Assembly (NCBI RefSeq): GCF_018977255.1
Contig: NW_024704742.1
Coordinates: 41,418,001 to 41,478,000 of the forward strand
Direction: 5' to 3'
Source: Callorhinchus milii
Lineage: Eukaryota
DNA length: 60,000 nucleotides
Part shown: positions 11,848 to 22,522 of the stretch, one piece after another
Position numbering within the stretch: position 1 is the stretch's first letter
How the letters are laid out: the number at the start of each line of letters is the position of its first letter
Made by a program: the position numbers and the translations under genes
The notes under the pieces: model-generated
The model's database searches: none
What the model was told of the DNA's origin: nothing
The model's input: only the letters and a program-made list of their open reading frames with translations

Positions 11848-13285
11848 GTAAGGGTATGATCTCTTTCACACAATCACTTTTATAAGTACTAAGAATCCAA
11901 GTGGGTAATGGACATTTTTAGCCTTCCTGGGAAGACCTATTTAAAAACAAGTTTTAGCCTCCCACATGTCTAAAATACACCAGTATAAAGCTTCTAAAAT
12001 GTTGTAAGTAACTTTTTAACAGTAATATTAGCCATACAGAGATTTTAAAATAAATCCTTTCAGTAACACCTTAAATGTAATTTTTTTTAATCTAATGTAC
12101 CCATATCAAATGCAAGGATTATTTTCAATCTCTATTAGACTATTTCTAACTACAGATTAATGCCAGGGAATATCAATTGGCCTAGAAGCTGCTCTTCTCA
12201 GGCTGGTCTATAGGCTTCTGTCTGAAGGACACATATAGACAGAGTTCCAAAATTGTGGTATTTATTCAAACAATGGTGATCTGAGTGAGCCCACGAATTA
12301 CTAAGGAATCTCACCGATATCATTGGTTCTGCAGTGAGTGTTTTGAGTAATGATGGCAATGCATATTGGAGGCCCATGTGCTTTCAGTAAACAACAGGCT
12401 GGATTTTGTTCTCATGAGGTGCCATATATCTATTGATATGAGATTGTGCAATATGGTAAGGCTCAAGGGAAACCCACCTGATTGCATTCATCGATTTCCA
12501 TGAAGCATGTAGGTATAGATTAAAAGATACAAAGGGCACCTGTCCCAATTGTTGATTCAAATCAGTATCTGGGGTTGTGGTGGACACTGAACTTTGCTTG
12601 GACATTGTTCTTCGGGTTTACGCTGATAATTTTGGAGCAACGTTTTCAAAATCAAAGCAGCAAGAATGTAATGCAATATACATTTATATAGTGCCTTTTA
12701 TGAGCGAGATGATGCTCAACACAGCTGGCTGGGCAGAGGAGAGGGCAGAACTGAAGAGCGTAGCAGAGGGGAGGAGACTGGCTGAGGGGACTGAAAGCAA
12801 GGTCATAAAGATAATTCTTGAGGCAAGCTTTGAGAGTGGGGGCAAGTCGGTAGGCACTCTAGGTGGGATAGGAATATAAACCGTGTAGATAAGAATCTGT
12901 TTAAAGTGAAAACTTGTAGAATAAAGAAAGGTAGTGTATACACAAACAAAACATAGGTAGAATGCAAGATGACCGTATGGAGGAAGTAATAAGCAAATTA
13001 ATAAAATGTTTTCAGTATTGTTCCACACAACAGGAAGAAAGGGACCTAGGAACTCAATTGTGTTGCTGTTCAGATTTCATTTCCAGCCCAGGCCTCACCC
13101 ATGTACTTAAATAACCCAGCTGGGAGAATAGATTTTCTCTCACACTGAGGGTGTGCACTGTACAAGTGAAATATAAAATGCAATACCAGTTTATAAATTA
13201 AGAATCAAATTTTTTTGAATTAAAAATTTCATGCAATCTTCACAACTCAAATAGTCCTGTAAATATTATACTCTTTTATTCACAG

Positions 13286-13393
13286 CTGAAGAAAATTCTC
13301 CGATTACTCTGAATTCAGATGTTTCAGAGGTACAAAGTAATGAAACTGGAAAAGGCAAAGCAGCAAAAGAACTGAGCAAGTCCACCAAAAAAG
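13286..13393 (+). CDS. NCAPG: NCAPG exon, disordered C-terminal tail (EENSPITLNSDVSEVQSNETGKGKAAKELSKSTKK)
   Basis: ttcacag acceptor, weak gttttt donor, 108 nt, phase 1/1 fits both neighbours. Confidence 0.75.
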
Positions 13394-13994
13394 GTTTTTT
13401 AATTTCTATTTTTCACATCCTGTGGATGCCAATAATAGGCAATATATCAAAAAATAGAATGTGTTTACATAGGACCCAATACTGTCTTTTACTCAATTCT
13501 TCTATTACTATTAGTTACATCGCTGGACAGCTCCTTTGTGACACTTTTTGTATGACTGTAGTTGGTGGTGCTGTTAAATAGTACACTTTACCACTTCTGG
13601 CTCCTAATATCAGCACTATGCACTCTCAGCTCTGGTTTGACCAGGTTAGTTGGGAGTGTAAAGTTGCCCTTTTTTGCCTCAACCTTAGAAGTGCATGTAT
13701 TGCAGAAGTTGTTCTTTGATTCTCAGATCACCACAGGCTACCTACCTTGTCAACCTGTGGTTCACGCAATCCCCTGGCTTTCAAATCGGCATTAATAGCA
13801 CATTTCCCAGTGACCATTTCAATGGGAACCATTGGCATTTGACACAATGGAACTGACTGGCCTTCTTCCCTGTGGTTTAAAAAAAATCTATGCTTCTTCT
13901 CTGCCTTCCTCTATTGCATGACTTTTCAGAATGTGAAAACTTCACAGACTGAAATTAAGATCTCAAAGTAACCAACTATTCCATTGGAATACAC

Positions 13995-14360
13995 AACTAT
14001 TTATATAATGTCTTTCACATCGGAAAGTAGTCTCAAAGCGCTTCACACAACTGACTGAGAGCCCTCGGTAAGTTTGGAGGGAAAAAGGTGACAAAGGTTG
14101 AAAGAAAGTACTTAAGGTAGGTTTTAAAAGGGGAGAGGTAACTTGAACACAAGTCTGAAGATCTTGAATTCGATTCCCTGGGGGACGAGAACCAAATGGA
14201 GCTGAGCCTGGATGGGGGAAGATAGGCTCTATCCAGCCTGGAGCAGGAGAGGACGTGAGCTGCAAATGTGTAGCTTGTGTAGACGGAGCTGGGCAGTTTG
14301 ACAAGTCGGATGTTCGAAGAGACAAGCCTGGGCATGATTGACATTGTCAATGAGGGTTTG
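13995..14360 (-). mobile_element. Degenerate L2 3' fragment
   Basis: atcttgaattcgat (RIEFK region), ggacgtgagctgca (AAHVL) and the stem-loop tail. Confidence 0.65.
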
Positions 14361-14499
14361 GCAGCCCAGTGGAAGAATAAATAGAAAGGTAGAATATTTC
14401 TGCACAGGAGAAATTTGCTCCATCTATTTCTATTGTACAAATATTATCTTAGAACAGCTTGATTAAAGTGGATTTGTGTGTCTTGTGTTTTCTCTTTAG

Positions 14500-14578
14500 G
14501 ACGAGGTAAACCTTCAACAACCAAGACTGTAACCAAAAGCCGAAGAACAAGGAGAGCAGCTGGTTCCTTAGATGATAG
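14500..14578 (+). CDS. NCAPG: NCAPG penultimate exon (RGKPSTTKTVTKSRRTRRAAGSLDD)
   Basis: ctctttag acceptor, gtaagt donor, 79 nt, phase 1/2. Confidence 0.82.
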
Positions 14579-14910
14579 GTAAGTATAGTTAGCCAGTGCC
14601 CTGTGAATTGAAACTTCTGGAGTTTCTATTCCTAAAATTGATTGACTCGCTGTCGTGGTGGAGTTAGCTAATCTTACATCAATAAGTGCTGAGCTCCTGC
14701 TCTTGGTTCCTGTCTAGTATGTCTTGTATCTCCAACAATGTAGTGTTTCCCCATTACTGCTCTGGAGTGTAAGCCTCCACTGAGCTGATGGGCCCCATCT
14801 ACATGGGACTTGGAAAAAAAGTAAGTGGTTGGTATGTTAGCACTCCATGATTTTATTGCATTGTTTTCTGCTTTTCTGAATTCTTTATTTGATATTTGCT
14901 TGTATTTCAG

Positions 14911-15037
14911 TGATGCCCGAGACTTTGTAACTCCAACTTCTGAAGTTGTAAAAAGACCTTCAAGACGAGCAAAAACAGTTGCACTGGAGAAAACCAAAAT
15001 GAACCTGTCTGAACTGCTGAACAAAGAGGCTAATTGA
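14911..15037 (+). CDS. NCAPG: NCAPG terminal coding exon (DARDFVTPTSEVVKRPSRRAKTVALEKTKMNLSELLNKEAN*)
   Basis: atttcag acceptor, phase 2. C-terminal RRAKTxALEKxKxNL motif typical of CAP-G; TGA at 15035-15037. Confidence 0.93.
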
Positions 15038-16121
15038 TCTCAGAATTTAATTCACTAAACTCAATCTATTATGTAGTCTTGATAATCAAACATTTTGGCA
15101 AATTCTCTCAATTTGCATGCTTTTCTATAGGCCACTTACTTATCTTGTCAATTTCTGTTTTAGATACTGTTAGTTATTTGAGGAAGAAAAATTAAGTCCA
15201 TGTTTTTATTTCACCTTTTCCTGCTGTAAAGTAGATGCTCTCATACTTTTAGTTAATATTAAGTGATGACTTCAGTTGGATATAGTATATTGCTGTGTCA
15301 TACATCTCTGCTACGGCCTTTTTGACATAAGTGAAGAATGTTCATCTTGTGTTGATAACGAGGTTTTAGGTGGGTGATGCTGGTAACGCCTGTTTGGTTT
15401 TTAAAATTTCCTTAACATTAGCCCCCCACTCAACATTTTAATGGGTACCTGTATGAGCTGTAAGGGTCCATTAAATGAATTAAATGGCTTGATAATTAGT
15501 ATCATTCCTGATATTTATCATTTGAAAATTGCAATGCTAGGTTTATAAAGTAGCCCCTGACTTTCAGGAATGCTTACTTTTTTTTACTTAAAGCAGCTGT
15601 CACCTTATTATTTATGGGGCAGTACCCATTACTCTAGCTGAGTAATTTTACATGTTCACTTATTGTTTAAAGCTTGCACCAAAAGGTGCCTGGACTTACC
15701 TTCTATCAAAGGGTTTCTTCTATTGGCCAGCAATTTTATTTCAGGTAAAGATGTAATTATTAAATTATAATTGTTTGTTCAGTCGAGTATCTGACACACA
15801 CGGAACTCAAAAGTATCCAAGCACTGAGATTCACATTTGGACACCACATTGTATGGAATGTGTGATTCTCTCTCTCCCAGGAGGATCTTGCCCTACTTAC
15901 CTAATTTCTAGGAAGTATTGGTTGCAAATTGATGAGACTCCAGGCATGGGTTCCCCAGAAAGTGTGCTGGGATACTGCTGGATTTTAACCAGCTAAATTA
16001 TAAGCTTCCTGCTGCCTTCCAGCTAGGACCACCCTATACATTAGGCATTTGCTTACTTTCATTACAAGGTTTGTATGTTAGTTATTAATCAGTGTGTGCA
16101 ACTTTTTATACTTTGGATTTC

Positions 16122-16127
16122 AATAAA
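16122..16127 (+). terminator. Probable NCAPG polyadenylation signal (AATAAA)
   Basis: AATAAA about 1.1 kb after the stop, followed by a T/GT-rich tract (ttgctcttggtg). Confidence 0.55.
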
Positions 16128-16799
16128 TATTGCAAATTTGCTCTTGGTGCATGAACATTTTTGAGGATTAAAGCAATTGGAGACATTGCATAAATTCCAT
16201 CATTCCGTTCTTTCTCTTGACTTCAACGGTATCTTAGGCTTCTATTATATTGTAAGCAGCAACACTTGGCATTCAGAATCTGATTTATCAACTTTTCCTC
16301 CATGTCACACTATGTTGTATTTTCATCTTATTAGCCAAATGTGTTCTATTGTCCGTGCAAAAAATGGGCCTGCAATGTCTAGATATCAAACATTGAGGGA
16401 GTCTAGAATTTCACCCGGATCGTTCAGATTGCCTCTGAACCTCCAAAGCTATTTTATCATAATAGACTGCTTCACTGTTGGGCACTCAGATTATTCTGAG
16501 TATTAAGACAAATGGGTTCAGTTGGTTGAGGTGTATTTAAAGACTCCATTGTGGAGGCATAGCCCTTGACTAATATGATAGAGATGCCCATTTCCTGTCA
16601 GTCAGGTCCCATGATAGCCTCACATGAAGCAGAACACTGCCTTGTGGACTGATGTCCAATACATACCAGGATAGGAACATTATCCTAGACACTACAGATG
16701 TGTGACAGTAAAAGCCATACGAAGTGAAAAATCATTTATAAGTGCTCCATAAGACTGCTTTTTTNAAAAAAAAACTCAGTATTGTTGATTCAGTCCTGC

Positions 16800-16805
16800 T
16801 TTATT
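16800..16805 (-). terminator. Probable poly(A) signal of the distal LCORL terminal exon
   Basis: tttatt on + (AATAAA on -), with TGTAAATA just upstream on - (16817-16824) and a T-rich tract downstream. Confidence 0.5.
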
Positions 16806-18741
16806 TCATCAAATACTATTTACAGAGTCAAACGTCTTATAAAATATTTCAAATAAGATTTAAAACATTTCATAGAAAAATATTTTTGCAGTGTACATAC
16901 ATATTCCTCAAATATTTCTGACCAGGAATTTCTTTTGGTAAAAGCAGTACACTGACAGTAGCACCGAGATCAATATGACAGCAAATTTTCTTCAGAAGCT
17001 TTCACAGTTTAAAGGTGTACCAAAGTGACCCGAAAAGGAAACTGTCATAGAATATACAGACAGTACAGAATCAAGATAAAATGTTTCTCATTCAACCTAG
17101 AATATAATTAATATTCTCTTTTGTGGTACAAATAGAAATAAATAAAACTAAACAATGATTTACTGAACTGACTAGCAGAATGAATAACAAACCTCCATTT
17201 CATACCTCCGTCATACTCATGTAGATATCACCAAGGCTTATTTTGCCAGTTAAGCAGACAAAATAAAGTCAAAGAGATACCCAGCAAATTTGATATTTTT
17301 CTTGAATTTTCATTGAATCAATTATTTTAAATGTCACCCAAGCATCAGTTTGTTAAAACATTATTTTGTCTTTAATTATATAAAGGTTCATTATTTAAGC
17401 CTTACAATATTTTAAATTGAATTTCTTAACATTAATATAGTGTTTGTTAAGTGAAAATAGTAAATGTTGTACTGAACACTTATTTGAGATATAGAAACAG
17501 TACTCAATCTTTGTAGTTCAGCAAATGTTGATTTTACATTGTGAAGCATTCACAGAAATACAGTATAGCAAAAAATTATGATGCTCTTTGGATGACCCAG
17601 AAAACAATGTTTTAATAGCAGTTTGAGACCAGCTAAATATATTGAAAGTATGAATGTCACAGCATCGCTGGTGGATGTGGCTAATTGGATGCTGCTATAC
17701 ATATAAAGGACTCGAAAACATTTGACAAATGTGCCTCATTGTGACAGTGAAAGATTGTAGAATTAAGTTGAATTCAGATTATATTGAATAAGATATTGGA
17801 TAAATGATAGGAAGATGAAGGTGGTTATCAATGGTAATAATTATAATGACTTCAATTAACAAATTATAAGTAGTTGGGTTAATTTTTATGAGCATATGAA
17901 ATTGAGTGAGAAACCCATATGTTCCATGGAAAGAAATTATTATAAATAGATTTAGAGAATAACTGATTAAGCATTTAATGACATGAAAAAATAATGCATT
18001 TCATAAGAGCAAATAAACCTGGATGTAAGAATTAACCAAACATGAAAGTCTACATTTGTGGGGCAGTAATTCCCAAACAGATGGTTGGATTGCATACGCA
18101 AATTCATGAAGTTCAAGCTCATGCAGATAATACTGATACTGTGTTGGTCACTGAACTCTTTCCAATATCCCTAGTGCAACAAGGAAAGCTCCAGGTCTAA
18201 AACCAATGACCCGCAAGAGGTTTGGGGAGTTCACTATTCTTTATTCCAAATGGTAGGCCTGCCACCTGTTACCTTGAACAAGCCATCAGTGGAGAAAACA
18301 TCAAGTGAAGCCTTGGAACTTAATGGGGATGGTAAAGTGGAGAGGAGGCGTTTATAAAAGATTGCAAAATTAACAGGAAAAATAGTTTCATTTGCCCCTG
18401 AGGAAGGAAGAATATAAATGTTGTGGATCTATAAGGAGTGCTGGCCAAACTACGCCAAGAAGTGCCCCCCAAACATTCACACAAGTCTAGGTAAATCTGT
18501 ATTCCATCAATCGGTGTTTCCAGGTTTTTCTTGATTGAATGTTTCTTGATTTATGGCATAAATCAAGAACATTTAATTATTGGGTGACCAAAAGGATTGG
18601 CCACCACTGACCTACAGCATATAAATGGCATATAGCACCCTGAACAATGAATTGGTGGTGTTTTCTTTCTGAATATAGAATTTGGTACATAATACTGAAT
18701 AGTCAGTTATAGCATGACATTTATCATTCAGGTGCTTAGTT

Positions 18742-19025
18742 AATAATATTCCTTGCATTTGATATAGTGCGTTATCATCCAGATACATCTCAAAGTGCTT
18801 CACAGAATATACTGTAAAGTGAATTGACTATTTTGTGGGCGAAATGCAGTAGCCAATTGCGCACAGCAGTGTCCCACAAAAAGTCTTGGATGACCAAATT
18901 ATTATTTATTTTTAAAGGATTACCTCGGAAAAATGATCCGTCAATTGACTAACAACCGGGTTCCAACTTTCCCCGGTCCCTTTGCTTTCAAGGGGAGTGC
19001 TCCAACCAATATGCTACAGGACTTC
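18742..19025 (-). mobile_element. tRNA-derived SINE, same family as 11098
   Basis: ccttgcatttgatatag tail and atgctacaggac head on +. Confidence 0.8.
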
Positions 19026-21869
19026 CTAGTTATGGAAATAGAACAGAAATTCTGAAAAATGCATATTGTTTGCACGACGATAACATAACATAACAAGACC
19101 CGGATAGGGTGAAGACCTGGAGCATTTGGGATCAGAAACAGTAAAAAATAAACTGAATAATGAGGAAGAATATTGACACTTAATGCATTAGTGAGATATT
19201 ATAAGGATTGTGCACAATTTGGTTCCTGGGCAGTTTCCAAAGCCTCCATAATATCAAGGGGGATAAGTATGGCTCCTGGTTGTAATTCAAAGAACTATGA
19301 GAGGTTCAGGAAGTCTTCAGTCTTCACTTCAAGAAGAAAATAAAAGTTATTCCAAGTTAAACTGAACCATACACCAATTCAGGACTTCAATATAAGTTAC
19401 AGCTGACAGGACAGTGTACAGGTTAGCTGCCCATGACTGTAAACAATGAATAAGAAACCCCATATAAAGATTCTGTTCTGCAGATGATCACATTCACAAT
19501 AGTAACATTTTACCACAGGGCATTTCTAACCAGACAATGTAATCTGGAAACAATGCAACATTTTAAAAATCCTTGAGTTAAATGTCACTGAGGAAGAGCG
19601 CTTGGCAAGACAGGCCAATATTTTGTACTTTGGAGACCATGATGTTATTATGAGTCACTTTTTTCAGGATCTGCAACTAATAATTGCCCGTGAGATTTGC
19701 AACAAAATGGTACAGGTACCATCAGTGTCTACACTTAAAATTATTGGACTTATTTTTTTTCCCCGGAAGGTTCAGACAAGCCCAGCATTTAACTGTCTGA
19801 GGTAGTAGATTTACATCTGCAACAAGAACTGTTTCCATATCAGCACAATGTAAAATATGCACTGCTTTTAATACTTTAAAAAAGTATCAAATCAGCCATT
19901 TATGATACAAATTTATAAATTTTACAACAGAATATGCACATAAAAATGTAAAGTGAATACAATAATTGAAGTGTCCCAAATTCCCCAAAGTATGGACTAC
20001 GAAAATAAGTCATGCAGTCATTCCCCTCTGAAGATAATTATATGTAAAATCTAATGCATCATTATATACTTGATTAGTTGTATTGCATTTGGTGGAAATA
20101 TGAATTTAAGAAAATGACTAAGTAAACAATTAATGCTATTGTGATTAAGTATATGTATTAAAACTAGTAGCAACCTGTGGGAATGTTTGCCTGTTGATAT
20201 TCAACAAATTCTTGCAAAGCAGCAAGCAAGAGCGCTAAAAATTCTGTACAAAAGGTATTAGTGCAACTTCTCAAATTTGCAATGTTGTTCGCATCAGCTT
20301 CAGGTTTTGGCTACAAAGCAGCAAATACAAGAGATATTGCTACATACATTCAACCTGAACCAGTAGGCTGAATATTAAGGCACTAATTCAATTCCAAGTG
20401 CGACAAGATGGCTTTCTTCTTAAAGTTTTTCATGTAGATATGCTATGCCAAGTCTTTGTAGAAAAGAGATATTCTGACAATCCATGGTTAAGGCATGATG
20501 ATTCCATCAACTTGCATTTCCTGTAAAAAAAATTAAAACATTTTGAATTATATGTATATCCTTAAAACTTTCAGTGTCACACATGCCTTTCAATGCTACA
20601 CAATAACTAGAGGATTCTGAAAGCACCATTCACCAGTCTAAATTTCTGTATTTATGAACAAACATGGCAAAAGTTAAATTCCTGAATACAATAACTCCCT
20701 GTCTTACTGGACTACAGGTGCCTGGAACTCAGACCTAGCCAGACAGGGCCTGAAACATTTAAAATATTTCCGTGGGTCTGTGTGTGGACTAGTGCTGGCC
20801 CACTGCTAGCACACCCTCACCTTACCATGCTTGCTGGGTTCTGCAGTACCCAGGGATATCCACTTTGAGTCAGTTTGAATCCAATGAGCACAAAGATAGC
20901 TTATTCGCTATCTTCTGCTCATGGGATTCAAACAATTAAATCCCAGTACATAGAGCCACCACTGAAAAAAGCAGGTAATTACACCTACCTGGAAATTCCG
21001 TCTTGCTGGGCCGGATTCCCCATTGGTCCTGGGACGCTACCCTGAGTGAGGCGCTATATATTTAGTTTCAAGTTTTTAGTATATGATCCCAAGTTGGAAA
21101 GGTCAGTGTATGCAACTTTTAAATCTATTCACAGACATCAACCAATACTAACGTCAAGCCAATCAGCAAACAATCTTTGATCAAACCAATAATGTCTATC
21201 AAAACACAAGATTTATTTGAAATCTATTCAGCAAAAATAGAACGGGACTTTAAAGTTGAACAAAATCATATGATCTAAGTACCTACTGCAAATGTGTAAA
21301 TTTCTTAAAGGGACTGCACAATTTTTTCAGTTTGGATGTTGGCATTAATTTGTACCTGGAGATTGAAAAAGTAAAAAAAAATCTAAAATCAAGTAGTAAT
21401 TTTTGTTCTCATTTGTTAACATACGATTGAAACATTAATTAATGCTCTTAATTCACTGTGGTGAAATAAAAAACAAAGGACCATTCTAACAGTGTTGTAA
21501 AGTTATCCTTTACAATCCTGATCCTGTCCATTCTCATTATGCTATCTTGCCATATCTGAAAATATTGCTCTGGGTTTACTTTTTCAATCTTATTTAGCAT
21601 CTTATACAGTGGACCCCTATTATATTATGATTCATTCATTATAAATTAACAACAACAACAACAAGATTCCATTTATAAAGCGCCTTTCACGTCAGGAGGA
21701 CGTCCCAAGGCGCTATTAAATTCTCTTAATACGATTGGGTGTGGATCCTGACATGGAATTATCAAAAAATCAAAAAGCAGTGTATATGTACGTACTGACA
21801 GTGATTACGTAATTTTAATTTTAATTTTAAAATGCTGGTTGGGATTTTATTCACCCCAAATATAATATA

Positions 21870-22184
21870 AAATAAAAATAATTCCTGCATTTGATATAGC
21901 GCTTTTCACGTCTTCCAGACGTCTCAAAGCGCTTCACAGAATATACTGTAAAGTGAATTGACTGTATATTTGTGGCGAAACACAGCAGCCAATTGCGCAC
22001 AGCAATGTCCCACAAACAGTCGTAGATTGAAGTGACCAATTTATTATTGTTTTTTTTCTTAAGAGATTATTATCAGGCGTGTGGAGTAAGGAAACTTGCC
22101 CAAGGTGTCAGCCAGCCGGGAATCGAACCCAGGTCTCTTGCTTGCAAAGTGAGTGCTCTAATCACTGAGCTACAGGACTCCACA
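21870..22184 (-). mobile_element. tRNA-derived SINE, same family as 11098, well preserved
   Basis: Reverse complement of the head ends gagctacaggactccaca; tail intact. Confidence 0.9.
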
Positions 22185-22522
22185 TCATGTTATAACCAAT
22201 ATCATGTTATAATGGGGTCTCTTCTGTATAACTTTACAAGGTCTCTTGTGAGACGTTTCTGTTCAAGGCTGAAAAGTTCTACTTTCATTCCTCATAGATT
22301 ATCTTGCTAATACTGGGGATCATTTGTATTACTCTCCATTGCACTGAATCAAAGGCCTGGCCCTTAATGCATTACTGTTTAAAATCAAATCATCACTTCT
22401 TTTAATGTCACAATTGTTAAGACCTTGACACAAGACTGCAAAGGACATTTTGGAGGGTGAATTCCAGATCAATTCACCTTCTTCAATGTAAGTTACATAA
22501 ACCTTTAATGGTTTGAGCTTAC

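Larger units (their letters stand above)
16780..20520 (-). other. LCORL: LCORL distal terminal exon (few codons plus long 3' UTR); 3' end approximate
   Basis: Strong acceptor ttttttttacag|GAAATGCAAG at 20521/20520. Reads GNAS* (stop 20507-20509) after the large exon, or GKCKLMESSCLNH...ST* (to 20430) after exon 49207. Confidence 0.55.
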
